Source: a virus (taxonomy: Duplodnaviria; Caudoviricetes). Taken from it: 64,000 nucleotides of DNA. The DNA lies in IMG/VR virus record IMGVR_UViG_3300031993_000008, positions 96,001 to 160,000 of that record; one strand, 5' to 3'. Within the stretch, counting starts at the first letter, position 1. Every line of letters starts with the position of its first letter. Below the pieces are notes generated by a model. The model was not told where the DNA came from. It made no database searches and was given only the letters and a program-made list of their open reading frames with translations. Position numbers and translations under genes: made by a program. Shown piece by piece: positions 20,569 to 31,177 of this stretch.

Positions 20569-23112
20569 TTATCCTACTCTATATCTTTGACCATTGACAG
20601 TTACATAATCACCACTTCTGACATTGGCATTTGCAACAAATACTTTCAGTGTCTGTCCATTTACATCTGTTACCTGAACAATAGAACCATTCTCTGTCCT
20701 CATAATATTATCAACAAAACTTTCATTTTCTGTTGCCTTTCCCTCAAAACAATCTTTATCCAGGTCTTCGGTGTAATATGTATACCAGTAGAAAGCTGCA
20801 TATGCTTCATCAATTTTTGTCAGTATTGTACCTACTGATTTGTTATGAAGCATAGTAATGCCACCTTTATTCTTGTGACTCTTCTTTGATGCTTTCTTGA
20901 TAATCTTACTCTTTATTTTCTTCATCAAATCTCCAAGAGGGAATAACAATGGTGACAATGATGAATAATATTTATTTCCAGTATGATCCAGGTTAGGATG
21001 GAAGAAATGCCAACCTATGAATTTAATATCACAGTCCATTGGTTTTCCATCTGTCAAATCTGAAACATTTGTAGTTTTTCCAATCTCTTTTATTATAGGA
21101 GATTTGTAAGCAACAACAATATCACCTTTATCATCAAGTTCATCAATCACAGCTTCAATCTTATCCCTATCATAATCTCCAGATGCACTGGTAATCTGTG
21201 AAACAAGATTTCTGGCATTCTTATCTGTTGTACTTATACCCTTTAACAAACTTTCTGCATCCTTTATATATCCTTTTTGTTTATCTTCAAGTTTTTCATT
21301 TTCAAGATATTCTTCAAGTGCTTCCAAGGTGTGTTCATATTCTTCAGTGTCACTGAAATATACAGGTGACAACATATTGGTTAATAATTTACGGGCTTCT
21401 GATATATTTTTACTAAATGCATCAATAATTTCTTGTATCAAATTCATCAACCATTCAAGACCAATCATTCCCATAAGTTGTTTGATAATTTCATTCAGGT
21501 TATATAAACCATTTATCATCAACCTGGCAATCTTATTGATGTTGTTGAGAATATCAATGATAAGGGTTATAATATCCTTGATGAATTTAAATATAGTCTT
21601 GATGTCCATCAAGAAGTCAGAAATCTTATATGCAGGATTTGGAACAACAGAACCAATGTCAGATGGCATAGCAACTTTAAGAGAACAGCATATCAATTGA
21701 GATCCCAAATTTTTACACAATTCCTTGATGTCATTGAAGTCCTTATTAATTGCATTACAACAATCATCAATGAACATATCACAAGAACCACCATTCTGGA
21801 AAAATCCCTTTATTTCGGCAATACAGTCTTGATATTGTTTCATCATTGACTGCCAGTCTGATTTAAGTGCGTTACTTCTGTAACCTGCCTCTTCCCAGAA
21901 CCTATCCAGTTCTTCACCAATAATATCCTTGAGTTTTGATGTCTGCTTTGCTTTCTTGACCTTATTCCTGTATTTCTTCACTTCCTTTATAGCAGATCTC
22001 ATCTCCCTCTTTGACAATGTACCCTGGGCAGCCTTATTGTCAATGTCAGTCCTCTTCATATAGAGTCTGATATCCTCTCTCTGTTTTTTTATGTCCTCAT
22101 CAAATTCCTTCAGGAATTCTTCATAATTTTCTGCACTGTAGTTCCTTTCCTCTTCAGGAATTTCACCCAACTCTTCAAGTTCCCTATATGCTTCATTGGT
22201 CAAAGCATTGTATTGTTTGTACATATCTTCAGGAGTCATTTCAATATCACTCCTTATCTTATACAACATTGATTCAAAATCAATAGGAGGAAGTTTGTCC
22301 AGACCAGTCCTTACAATAACAGACTGGGTAAGAACCCCTGCAAATACAGCAACAACTTTACCAATACTGAAATTCTTTATTACAGTATCAAGAGATGCTG
22401 CAACAGCAGATGTAATTTCTACAGTCTTTTTGTTTTCATCCTGATATATGACTTCCTGAGATATTTTCTGGGCACCGGTTGAAACAGAACTCAAACCAGT
22501 AACATCCTTGAAACCGCTGTCAACAATGTTGTTCAGTTTTGCCATCTTTTCACGGAGTTCCTTAATGAGAGTCTCAACCCATTTGTTTGCATCTGAAAGA
22601 CCACCATTGATAGTATCTGCAACACCCTGGACAGCACCCATTGCCTGGTTCTTTTTATCTGTCACTTTCTGTTTTGCCCTGTCTGCTGAATTCAGTTGTT
22701 TGAATCCATCACCTGTCCATTCAAGTTCATCTTCACTTTCCTTTCCAAGAATCATTGATACTGTATCAGTCAGTTCTGAAACCATATCAAGTGTGTTTTC
22801 TCCAAGACCCATTGTTTCATTGATAGCATCCTGGGAAACAGTATTTAATCTATTGGTAATATTTGAAAGAGAACCTGTGATACTGTTCATCTGTGTCATA
22901 AGGTAGTTGGTAGGTATGTCTGCATAACTGTCCAAAAGTTTATCCATATCATCAGACAGTTTCTGAACCAATGCTGACAAATAAACAACATCACCTACGA
23001 CTCTTGTTATGAAATCCTTTGGTTTAGGCATAAGAGATATGAACTGCATTGTTTGTGCAGTAACACACATTATCTTTATGCTTTTTCTCATTCCAGAGTT
23101 AATAACATCCAT
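20569..23112 (-). CDS. Large alpha-helical virion-associated protein
   Basis: 847 aa amphipathic/coiled-coil, inside the neck-baseplate operon. Confidence 0.55.
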   Translation of the reverse strand: MDVINSGMRKSIKIMCVTAQTMQFISLMPKPKDFITRVVGDVVYLSALVQKLSDDMDKLLDSYADIPTNYLMTQMNSITGSLSNITNRLNTVSQDAINETMGLGENTLDMVSELTDTVSMILGKESEDELEWTGDGFKQLNSADRAKQKVTDKKNQAMGAVQGVADTINGGLSDANKWVETLIKELREKMAKLNNIVDSGFKDVTGLSSVSTGAQKISQEVIYQDENKKTVEITSAVAASLDTVIKNFSIGKVVAVFAGVLTQSVIVRTGLDKLPPIDFESMLYKIRSDIEMTPEDMYKQYNALTNEAYRELEELGEIPEEERNYSAENYEEFLKEFDEDIKKQREDIRLYMKRTDIDNKAAQGTLSKREMRSAIKEVKKYRNKVKKAKQTSKLKDIIGEELDRFWEEAGYRSNALKSDWQSMMKQYQDCIAEIKGFFQNGGSCDMFIDDCCNAINKDFNDIKELCKNLGSQLICCSLKVAMPSDIGSVVPNPAYKISDFLMDIKTIFKFIKDIITLIIDILNNINKIARLMINGLYNLNEIIKQLMGMIGLEWLMNLIQEIIDAFSKNISEARKLLTNMLSPVYFSDTEEYEHTLEALEEYLENEKLEDKQKGYIKDAESLLKGISTTDKNARNLVSQITSASGDYDRDKIEAVIDELDDKGDIVVAYKSPIIKEIGKTTNVSDLTDGKPMDCDIKFIGWHFFHPNLDHTGNKYYSSLSPLLFPLGDLMKKIKSKIIKKASKKSHKNKGGITMLHNKSVGTILTKIDEAYAAFYWYTYYTEDLDKDCFEGKATENESFVDNIMRTENGSIVQVTDVNGQTLKVFVANANVRSGDYVTVNGQRYRVG

Positions 23113-23114
23113 AC

Positions 23115-25001
23115 TTAACTACCCCATTTATAATTTACAAGCAACTCATTCTGTGCATTGTCAACAACCAGTGTATTGTGAGTGTCATCAACAACATACT
23201 GACTCAATATGAGTTTGTGGAGATCCTCCTCACAGAGTTTGTTCCATATTCTGAAATTGGTGAGATGGAGGTTACCACCCTTGAGACCACAGTATCCGTC
23301 AACACTGAATGTACCAAGTTCATTTGGTGTACATCCTATCTTAATGATTTCACTGTGTGAATTGTTGATGGTATCACTACCCTTCACTTCATATAACCAC
23401 ATATTTGACATACCTCTATTCAATCCAAGTACACAGAAGTACCACTTGGATTCAAATGATGAGAAACCTTCAAAGTTATAGTCATAATCCTTTCCATTAA
23501 GTCTTACAACCATCCTGTCAGGCATCTGTATGATTTCAAATCCATCACCGGCATACACACAGGTATTTGCCTCATAACATATAAGTTTACCACATGACTG
23601 GACTTTCATCCTCTCATCATAAGGAACATTGATGTCCACAAACAATTTTCCTTTATCAATACCTGAAATCCTGTACCAACCTTTGAGACCAGATACCCTT
23701 GAAATTTTGATCATATTTCCAGTGTCAAGAAGTTTGTCCCAGGACTTGACCTTCAGTCTGGTCATATCTCCATTGGCAACAACAGAATCTATCATTACAT
23801 TTTCAGATACATTCTTCATATTGGTAGGTCTGAAAGCGAATGTGAACATTCTTTCATCATCAGATGAAAGACCTTTGTTCCAGTATTCAACAGCAACCTC
23901 ACCCCTACCAATGGTTGAAAGATTGTAATATTGTTTTGCCACAACTGTCCAGTCACTGTATATGTTCTCTTCAACAATCCTGACATTCTCATGGAGAATC
24001 CTTCTCAATGAATCCTGACCCTGTTCAATCATACCAACATCATTGAGTTGGTTATCCTTTCTGTTGTCAGCAATCTCATCCTTCATCTCTTCCTCAAACT
24101 TACCTTCTGCTGAGAATATGAGACTCTCTGTGTCCTCCATAAGGTCATCATTGTCAAACTGTACAGACTTCATCTCCTGGTAAGGTACAAGACTTACTCT
24201 CCAATATGATGCGACATATCCGAAGTCATCCGGGTCAGATACAGAATCAACCATATACATCTTATTCATATAGTTGCTGAAGTAGAGATAATCATGGGGA
24301 TCAGGATGTGAACCGGCACCAAATACTTTCCAGAACTCTGACTTAACTATGTGACACTCCCACGAAACTGGATAGTCTATCATCATTGAATTGAACTGAA
24401 GTTCCCTGGTTGGAAGATTATTATCTGGTACCAAAACTTTTACATTCTGCTTATCTATAACCTTTTCTATACTATATTCTTTTAATACCACATCTCTACT
24501 CTTTGCATTTGGTTCTGTCTTAAAATAAAGAACACAAAAACCAAACATATTAGATATAAGTGTAGACATCTGGTTATATATATTTAATGACTGACCAACA
24601 GAATAAGGATTAAATAAATTACTACCAGTACCCTGGTTATATACAATCTGTGGTGTAGATGTACTTTTATTCCAAAAACATTCTGGAATAGGACTTTCTG
24701 TATCATTAGTATAATCCACATCAAGAGAAATACTCTCAATATTATTCTCATTTAATTCTCCAGGACCAATTGGTGTGAACTTATATTGGATATAAACTTT
24801 ATTATCATAAATCTTAACACCAAGAAGATTCTTGTTAGTTAAAGATTTCCAGTCACTCCACAATATTTTATCAGAAGAATATCTAAATTGTTTTTCAAAA
24901 TAAGTATCTTCTGTTTCAGAAGTAATCACACAGGTAACACCAGATATAGATTTTATACCAGTGTATTCCATTATATTGGATTCTATAGGATTCTTACTCA
25001 T
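23115..25001 (-). CDS. Neck protein, T4 gp14-like, with C-terminal LamG-like region
   Basis: ISNMFGFCVLYF..DVVLKEY...PDPHDYLYF pattern; KWYFCVL, LTNFRIWN; ATG 25001 after late promoter (track start 25055 overlaps the promoter). Confidence 0.55.
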   Translation of the reverse strand: MSKNPIESNIMEYTGIKSISGVTCVITSETEDTYFEKQFRYSSDKILWSDWKSLTNKNLLGVKIYDNKVYIQYKFTPIGPGELNENNIESISLDVDYTNDTESPIPECFWNKSTSTPQIVYNQGTGSNLFNPYSVGQSLNIYNQMSTLISNMFGFCVLYFKTEPNAKSRDVVLKEYSIEKVIDKQNVKVLVPDNNLPTRELQFNSMMIDYPVSWECHIVKSEFWKVFGAGSHPDPHDYLYFSNYMNKMYMVDSVSDPDDFGYVASYWRVSLVPYQEMKSVQFDNDDLMEDTESLIFSAEGKFEEEMKDEIADNRKDNQLNDVGMIEQGQDSLRRILHENVRIVEENIYSDWTVVAKQYYNLSTIGRGEVAVEYWNKGLSSDDERMFTFAFRPTNMKNVSENVMIDSVVANGDMTRLKVKSWDKLLDTGNMIKISRVSGLKGWYRISGIDKGKLFVDINVPYDERMKVQSCGKLICYEANTCVYAGDGFEIIQMPDRMVVRLNGKDYDYNFEGFSSFESKWYFCVLGLNRGMSNMWLYEVKGSDTINNSHSEIIKIGCTPNELGTFSVDGYCGLKGGNLHLTNFRIWNKLCEEDLHKLILSQYVVDDTHNTLVVDNAQNELLVNYKWGS

Positions 25002-25044
25002 CAATGTATATACATTATATAGATATTTATGAAAAAAGTGGCAT

Positions 25045-26040
25045 TTACACACCACCTTTTATCTTGTTAAGTATTTGTTCTACACAATAATTAAAGTCTA
25101 TTGAAAAGATTTCTAAATAGTTCAAATTATTATTTCTTGCAGTTTCTCTTTTCTTAACATCTCTTACTGTCCAAATATTGATAGCAGTCTTATAAAAAAC
25201 ACTTGTTTTAGATTTTTCTTTTAATATTTCAAGTTTATTTATATCATCAATATTATTTACATCAAATGGATGAGTTCCATGTGTCCAATTTCCCTGTATT
25301 TCAATATATAAATCATAATCAGGTAAATAAAAATCACAATTATATGGATACATTTCAGAAACATATTGATGAATATATTTAATATTATTTTTAGATAAAT
25401 ACTCAATAAGTTCATTTTCTATTTTTGATGTATTAAATGTATTATGTTTTTTCTTTGTTACATATCTTTTTATTTTTACATCTTCTAACTCTGAAACATT
25501 TTTCACACCATATTTTTTAATACATGTATTTTCTCTTTTCTTTATTTTTTCTTGAATATGAGATTTATATTCTTCTGAATTACATATCAATTTCATTATT
25601 TCAGATTGTCTATCTCTATATTCTTTATTCTTCATAGGATTATCAACACCATAATGTTCAATATATGTTTCTTTTATTTTCTCCTTTACATCATCACTTT
25701 GAAACACACTCTCAACCCCATATCTTTTAAGATTTGTTTGATGAAGTTTATCAATAACATTTTCATCTGTTGTTGCACACTTTGAAGAACAATGATTCCA
25801 ATATCCAAAATTCAAAGTCTTGAACTTACATCTATTACCACATACTGGACAAATCCCCAATTTTAAATCAGGGTCATCCATAAAATAGTGATACATCTTT
25901 TGGATTAATGTGAAATCTTCTGGAAAATCAATTCTACATATATCATCATATATATCAGGAAATCTTTTGATGAATTGTTTTTCCTGGCAGTAGAACCTGC
26001 CTTTTGTCTTCAAGAGATTGAAGACCTCTTCTTTATTCAT
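25045..26040 (-). CDS. Free-standing homing endonuclease-like protein (Zn finger, KYG repeats, Vsr/DUF559-like nuclease)
   Basis: CPVCG...HCSSKC; KRYGVE/KKYGVK; SKIE...DFYLPDYDLYIEIQGNWTHG; very AT-rich. Confidence 0.75.
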   Translation of the reverse strand: MNKEEVFNLLKTKGRFYCQEKQFIKRFPDIYDDICRIDFPEDFTLIQKMYHYFMDDPDLKLGICPVCGNRCKFKTLNFGYWNHCSSKCATTDENVIDKLHQTNLKRYGVESVFQSDDVKEKIKETYIEHYGVDNPMKNKEYRDRQSEIMKLICNSEEYKSHIQEKIKKRENTCIKKYGVKNVSELEDVKIKRYVTKKKHNTFNTSKIENELIEYLSKNNIKYIHQYVSEMYPYNCDFYLPDYDLYIEIQGNWTHGTHPFDVNNIDDINKLEILKEKSKTSVFYKTAINIWTVRDVKKRETARNNNLNYLEIFSIDFNYCVEQILNKIKGGV

Positions 26041-26065
26041 AAATATATTGTTATTATTTTATAAC

Positions 26066-26117
26066 AGAGCAGATGATGATGTTTGGCGACTAATCATCTG
26101 CTCTTACTATATTTATG
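26066..26117 (-). promoter_or_regulatory. Late promoter plus conserved hairpin upstream of endonuclease 1
   Basis: agagcagatgat/atcatctgctct stem, ttggcg loop. Confidence 0.7.
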
Positions 26118-26141
26118 AAAAAAGGAGGTCTCCAGACCTCC

Positions 26142-26684
26142 TTAAATATCTAATTTCAAGTCATATTTCCTCAATACATCACCAAACCCGAGTCCTTCCA
26201 CTCTCCTCAGGAAAACATCTTTCTGGTTATTGAATATAGGTTGGTTGGCAAGGAATCCCCTACTTGTTATCTGATACAGTTTTCTGAAATGATAATTGAT
26301 GATGTATTTCACGAACTTGTTGTACAGATCAACCAGTCCTGCTTTATCAGGAACAATGTAGTTATCTTCCAGGTAGAATGTCTTGTTGTTGAGTTTCTGG
26401 ATAAGTTCACTCATACTGTTGATTGAATCAACCTCACTCTTTCTCAACAGTGTTGTAAGGTTGGCGGTCTTCAGACTCATTGAAACCTTCACATTGATGA
26501 AGTGTTCCTTGAGGAAATTGATGTCATTCTCGAATATCTCCCTTATCTTCACCTTATATGTAGTCCTGTCACCCTGGGTGTATTTCTCAAGGAGGACAAC
26601 CTTAACCGGTAAAAGGAATTCAGGTTCATTGGGGGATGTGACCAGAGCATAACACTCTGTACCTATATTATATGTCCTGACCAT
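26142..26684 (-). CDS. Hypothetical protein
   Basis: 180 aa, coupled to the small terminase-like gene. Confidence 0.65.
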   Translation of the reverse strand: MVRTYNIGTECYALVTSPNEPEFLLPVKVVLLEKYTQGDRTTYKVKIREIFENDINFLKEHFINVKVSMSLKTANLTTLLRKSEVDSINSMSELIQKLNNKTFYLEDNYIVPDKAGLVDLYNKFVKYIINYHFRKLYQITSRGFLANQPIFNNQKDVFLRRVEGLGFGDVLRKYDLKLDI

Positions 26685-27283
26685 TACTTGTCTTCTTTAT
26701 CTGAAACCTTCCTGATCAGTCTCATCAAATCCTTCTGACTGCTTGACTTGAATCCGGATGAAATTTCACTTGCCGGTGATGCACTTGTAGTATCCACAAC
26801 ACTGTCCTTGTCAAGTGCAAGTTTCTCATATTCATCACTGGCATTCATAATATATGTGGTCTGTGCCTTGACCAGATCAATGAATGTACCCTGGAGTTTA
26901 CCGAGTACCTCAAAGAGTTTGGGATTGATGTCACCAAGCTCAATATTCTCCATAAGAATCTGTATTGCCCTCTGACTGACCTCCATCTGGTTCATAATAT
27001 TACCCAGGGTCATAGCATCCAGGTTCACCTTTGCCTTGACATATTCATTCTTTGAGATGAAGTTGTCTGAAAGATAAACTCTCAAAAGGGATTCCATCAC
27101 ATCCTTTGCTTTTTTCCTGGACTGTTCCAGAGTTATCATCTCTCCCCTGGATACAGTGGATGGGACTCTACTGAAACTCAATGTCTGTGAATCAATATCG
27201 TCTGTCAGGTTGATGTCATTGTCTGTCAATAAATCAGCAATACTGTTCCTGATTATCTCTTTATTATCGTCTGATGTATCCAT
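26684..27283 (-). CDS. Terminase small subunit, gp16-like
   Basis: NPKLFEVLGKL and SSQKDLMRLI resemble PRAYEV and GST.DL motifs of T4-like gp16; late promoter at 27482. Confidence 0.55.
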   Translation of the reverse strand: MDTSDDNKEIIRNSIADLLTDNDINLTDDIDSQTLSFSRVPSTVSRGEMITLEQSRKKAKDVMESLLRVYLSDNFISKNEYVKAKVNLDAMTLGNIMNQMEVSQRAIQILMENIELGDINPKLFEVLGKLQGTFIDLVKAQTTYIMNASDEYEKLALDKDSVVDTTSASPASEISSGFKSSSQKDLMRLIRKVSDKEDK

Positions 27284-27293
27284 TTATATAGTT

Positions 27294-27476
27294 TTAATCA
27301 AAATACTGCCTAATACTTTTCATCATGCTGTCTATTTCCTCAAACTCTTTCTTTATGAAAGTTCCGGTTACAGGTTGAGTCATCTCCTCTATTTCCTCAT
27401 CAGTTATGATTCTTCCTTCATATGTCTTGGAAGTATCCTCAACCTTCTTTTTATGTCTGAAAAAATTAAACCTCAT
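27294..27476 (-). CDS. Small hypothetical protein
   Basis: 60 aa directly after a late promoter. Confidence 0.55.
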   Translation of the reverse strand: MRFNFFRHKKKVEDTSKTYEGRIITDEEIEEMTQPVTGTFIKKEFEEIDSMMKSIRQYFD

Positions 27477-27515
27477 ATAGTTATTTATGAAAAAAGGATG
27501 GTATCAACCATCCTT

Positions 27516-28166
27516 TCAATCAATTAAGTTCTTTATGATATACTGTTCATAAGGTTCTATGACACCTTTTCTCATCAAATCCTCATATTGTTCATCAGTC
27601 CACATCTTAAGGTTTTCAGGCCATTCCTCATCAAGTATCTGCTTGAAGAATGGGATGTATTTGAGTTTGGCACCATCCACAAATCTTTCATCACCAATTG
27701 CAACAGTCTTTGCAATTTCAGGAAAAGACCTGTAGAAGTTCATCCATTCCCTGTCTGAACGCTTGAGTGAAGGGACTCTTATCCTCTGATGACCCCTTCC
27801 TTTTGCCTGCCAGGTATTCCTATATTTACTGTCATCAGCAGTGAGTTTTTGTCTTATGGTATCACAGTCTTCCGGTGTCCAATGTTGTTTCTTATATTTC
27901 TTCTGGTCATCAGGAACACTGTAAGGATACTCTTCTGCTTCAACAATCCAATAAGGAGTCCTCCAATTATCCCTCTCCTTTCTGATTGCTTTGCGGATAG
28001 TCTCTTCAAGAGGTATGAAATCATACCATCTTGCATATTCTTTAGTATCTGTATACCTCCTTACAGGATTGTCTCTGTGTCCTTGAGGTGTTACCACTGA
28101 ATGAAATCTCATCCATCTACCTAAAGACCTGTGATTAGGATCATGATGTGGATTGGGTTTTTTCAT
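27516..28166 (-). CDS. Hypothetical basic protein
   Basis: 216 aa, ATGA-coupled to the upstream gene. Confidence 0.65.
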   Translation of the reverse strand: MKKPNPHHDPNHRSLGRWMRFHSVVTPQGHRDNPVRRYTDTKEYARWYDFIPLEETIRKAIRKERDNWRTPYWIVEAEEYPYSVPDDQKKYKKQHWTPEDCDTIRQKLTADDSKYRNTWQAKGRGHQRIRVPSLKRSDREWMNFYRSFPEIAKTVAIGDERFVDGAKLKYIPFFKQILDEEWPENLKMWTDEQYEDLMRKGVIEPYEQYIIKNLID

Positions 28167-28588
28167 AATGATGTTTTGGATTTAAATACATTTTCAGCAT
28201 AATGTTCAATACTTTCTATATTTCCTTCCGGGTTATGTGCCATAATAGCATCCGGGACAACTCCCCATTCTTTAGAACCATCAGCATAGTATATTGTATA
28301 AGTGATGGGATCCAAGGGTATAGCAGTTTCACAATTACATCCAAAATCAATAATGTACTTTTTATCAAATGCTTTTGAAAATGAATATAATGTTGGATGT
28401 TCAAATACTACTACTGCCAACCGATTGAGATCAAGATAAGTTTGTGTATATCCCCTTCTTAAAAGTTCTTCTTTGACAGCAACAGAATATTTAGAATTTT
28501 CCTTTTTGATTTCATCTTCTGACATATGAATATTACCACACATCAAACATATCAGGAAAAATATTATTGAAAGTATTATAAGAATCAT
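28163..28588 (-). CDS. Membrane-anchored or lipoprotein-like hypothetical protein
   Basis: N-terminal hydrophobic stretch ending CLMCG. Confidence 0.55.
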   Translation of the reverse strand: MILIILSIIFFLICLMCGNIHMSEDEIKKENSKYSVAVKEELLRRGYTQTYLDLNRLAVVVFEHPTLYSFSKAFDKKYIIDFGCNCETAIPLDPITYTIYYADGSKEWGVVPDAIMAHNPEGNIESIEHYAENVFKSKTSL

Positions 28589-28600
28589 ATTATATAATTA

Positions 28601-29278
28601 TTACTCAGCACAAGCTGCTCTGCAATACTTCTTAAGTTTCTCAAAGGCATCCTTATATATCTTGTTTGCTGTATTGACGGGAACTTCCAGTTCATCAGCA
28701 ATATCCTGCATTGAGTTATTGTACTTCCAGACTATCTTATCTTTATCTGGGTTAGGAAGTCTTTCTGAATACTTACCAAGATGAAGTTTCATTTCCATAG
28801 CAATCCTTCCATTAACATCAAGAGTCTTTAATCCTTCCTTGAGAATTTCCTCCCTGTCAACATCAAAGACCGGATCATCCACTTCTCCAAGTGTATCATA
28901 GTTGTTTGCATCAATTGAACAATATTCTATCTTTGAGTCTTCAATTCTCTCCTGTCCTTTCTTGAAACCTTTCATATGGTTTGCCGGGATATGAACCAAT
29001 GAATCTTGTCTGTTCAAATAGTTCAACATATATCCTCTGACTGACATTGCTGATGATTTCACAAAACTGTCATTCTTTGCAGGGTCATATTTCTTTTCTG
29101 CTTCTTTCATGCCTATCACTCCTTCAACCAGAAGTGTTTCAAAATCGGCACCGGTTTTATTTGCAAGGTCAGTGGCAACTTTCACCACATAAAGAAGATT
29201 TTGATCTGTGAGTGAGGCATTATTCTTTTTTGCGATTTCCACAGCCTTTCCAAATTCATTGTACAATTTACTATCCAT
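28601..29278 (-). CDS. RNA polymerase sigma-70 family factor
   Basis: Region 2 NLLYVVKVA...LLVEGVIGMKEAEKKYDP...F......VRGYM...VHIP; region 4 HTH SMQDIADELEV. Confidence 0.85.
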   Translation of the reverse strand: MDSKLYNEFGKAVEIAKKNNASLTDQNLLYVVKVATDLANKTGADFETLLVEGVIGMKEAEKKYDPAKNDSFVKSSAMSVRGYMLNYLNRQDSLVHIPANHMKGFKKGQERIEDSKIEYCSIDANNYDTLGEVDDPVFDVDREEILKEGLKTLDVNGRIAMEMKLHLGKYSERLPNPDKDKIVWKYNNSMQDIADELEVPVNTANKIYKDAFEKLKKYCRAACAE

Positions 29279-29329
29279 ACTAAAAATTAAACTGATTTAC
29301 TTGTATAACTGAATCATTATACCGTATTA

Positions 29330-29361
29330 CAAATATAATGAAACTTTACCAAAAATCCAAA
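29330..29361 (-). promoter_or_regulatory. Host-type Bacteroidetes sigma-A promoter (early) for the sigma gene
   Basis: TTTG-N20-TATATTTG (TAnnTTTG consensus). Confidence 0.75.
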
Positions 29362-29417
29362 TTTGGCAAAAATATTTAACAGATTAAGACATCTTGCTCT
29401 CACAAGATGTTCAATCA

Positions 29418-29954
29418 TTAAAGGTTATCTTTGAATGTCTCAATGTTTTTCTGGACATTAGATATGTTTACAGGTAGGAATTTCCATTCCTTTGCCACAC
29501 ATGATATATTGTGTTTTTCAATATCCATCATATCATCCAGACCATGAAAACAATATGTACCGGTTGATTTACCAGGCCAGTCTGAAAGAGGAAGATAAGT
29601 GAGTACAGAATCCAGTTCATTGACTGTCATGATTTGTTTATTCTCAAAATATATCTTCTTCTTGAATTCCGGGTCACTGCATTTCTCAACAGCATCCTTC
29701 ATATTGATGAAAAAGTTCATCTCATCATCATTGAAATAATTGTTGAGAAAATGTATCTCTCCATTCAGTCTGACCAGGATGTGATACAGGTCACCTATAC
29801 CGAATCCTCCCAGAACATAAACAATGTCATCTTTATTCACTGTCTCATTCCAACAGTTAATGATATGGTCATTGTTATCGATAACATTCTCATTTGGATC
29901 ATCCACCAAAAGGCGGTTGAACCAAGTGTCACTAATAGCAAAAATGCTTGGCAT
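29418..29954 (-). CDS. Degenerate calcineurin-like phosphoesterase
   Basis: AISDTWF, WNETV..DDIVYVLGGF, LNGEIHFLNN match the family but metal ligands are substituted; ATG 29954. Confidence 0.65.
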   Translation of the reverse strand: MPSIFAISDTWFNRLLVDDPNENVIDNNDHIINCWNETVNKDDIVYVLGGFGIGDLYHILVRLNGEIHFLNNYFNDDEMNFFINMKDAVEKCSDPEFKKKIYFENKQIMTVNELDSVLTYLPLSDWPGKSTGTYCFHGLDDMMDIEKHNISCVAKEWKFLPVNISNVQKNIETFKDNL

Positions 29955-30007
29955 GCTTTTTAGATTAAAAGGTGGTGGAAGATGTTCCACCACCTGGATT
30001 AAAGAAT

Positions 30008-31081
30008 TTAACTATTCAACACACTGTTGATCCATTCATCATCATCAGTTGAGACTGGTGTCTCATCAGAAGAAGGACTTGATGAATCTTCAGCATCAAA
30101 ACCCGGTATATCATCATCTGCCGGTATTGTGGTTTCTGGAGCTGCAGCAGGTTCAACCTTCTTGGTTGTGGTTGTGGTTGCTTCCTTGACTGCCTCCTGG
30201 GCAGCAGCAGTAGTTGTGCGTGGTGCCTTATAACCAGAGGTGTAAGTTGCAAGGTTTGCATTTACCTTTGCTTCAGTCTCACTGTCCCACTCCTTCCAGA
30301 AGTAATCCTTAATCTTTGGAGCTTCCTTCTCCAACCAGGTGATGAATGCCTTCTGTGAATCCCTGTCATCTGCTGAAAGGGTCATTGTCACCTTGTTCTC
30401 ACCATCAGTAACCTTGAAGTGAATAGGTGCGGTCTTCTCAATGAAACGGCATGCATCATAATTGGCAACACCCTTACTATTGTTGTTGTCCATCTTCTTG
30501 GATGCATCCTTGGTCATGTTAATCTCAAAGAGACGACCATCATAAAGAGCAAAAGGATTGAAACCTTCAGTGAACTCTGAACTCTTCATAGCATTCTCAA
30601 GCTTGTCATTGATCTTCTGACCGAACTGGTAGATGAAGACATTACCATCATATTCAGGATGCTGGACATCCTTGACTACCTCAACAAGAGCATAGTACTG
30701 CTGGTAAACCTGGATCTTCTTGGAATTTTCTTTGTCAATTGCGCTGTCACTTGTGTAGAGCTTATAAGAGAGAGCTCTCATAGGACATTTCTTGTTATCT
30801 GTCTTTGGTGATACAACAAAGATACCGTTATCACCATTTACATCCTTAAGGAAACATTCCCAACGACAGATTGTGGTGCGCCACTTACCTTCATGAAAGA
30901 AAGGTATGAATCTTACAAGTGCACGATAATTCTGGTCTGTACACTTTTCATCCTTAATGGATGGTTTGTAGAGACCTGCTCTTCCAGAATAACTGGTGTT
31001 GTTGTTGGTCTCTGTTGCTGCAAGAGCATCTGCTGCGGTGAAATTACCAAACAGCTCATTGAAATTTACTTCATTTCCCAT
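30008..31081 (-). CDS. Single-stranded DNA-binding protein, T4 gp32-like
   Basis: ALVRFIP, KCP, YYALV.VVKD.QHPE.DG.VFIYQFGQKI, NYD.CRF, acidic C-terminal tail. Confidence 0.85.
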   Translation of the reverse strand: MGNEVNFNELFGNFTAADALAATETNNNTSYSGRAGLYKPSIKDEKCTDQNYRALVRFIPFFHEGKWRTTICRWECFLKDVNGDNGIFVVSPKTDNKKCPMRALSYKLYTSDSAIDKENSKKIQVYQQYYALVEVVKDVQHPEYDGNVFIYQFGQKINDKLENAMKSSEFTEGFNPFALYDGRLFEINMTKDASKKMDNNNSKGVANYDACRFIEKTAPIHFKVTDGENKVTMTLSADDRDSQKAFITWLEKEAPKIKDYFWKEWDSETEAKVNANLATYTSGYKAPRTTTAAAQEAVKEATTTTTKKVEPAAAPETTIPADDDIPGFDAEDSSSPSSDETPVSTDDDEWINSVLNS

Positions 31082-31146
31082 AACTAAAACTTTATTAAAC
31101 TTATATTAACTGTGTCCAATTGGACAACATTTTAACTAACACAAAC

Positions 31147-31160
31147 TAAATATAACAAAA
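31147..31160 (-). promoter_or_regulatory. Class II promoter TTTTGTTATWTTTA (representative; 10 copies, see findings)
   Basis: Upstream of ssb; same motif before dnaK, rnh, groES and the MTases. Confidence 0.7.
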
Positions 31161-31177
31161 TTATCACAAATAATCTA

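Noticed and set aside
26038-26045. Extra CATAAATA matches on the + strand at 26038 and 39904
   Set aside because: They are the reverse complement of tatttATG start contexts of the endonuclease genes, so not counted as promoters; 11092 has the same ambiguity but precedes gp4.
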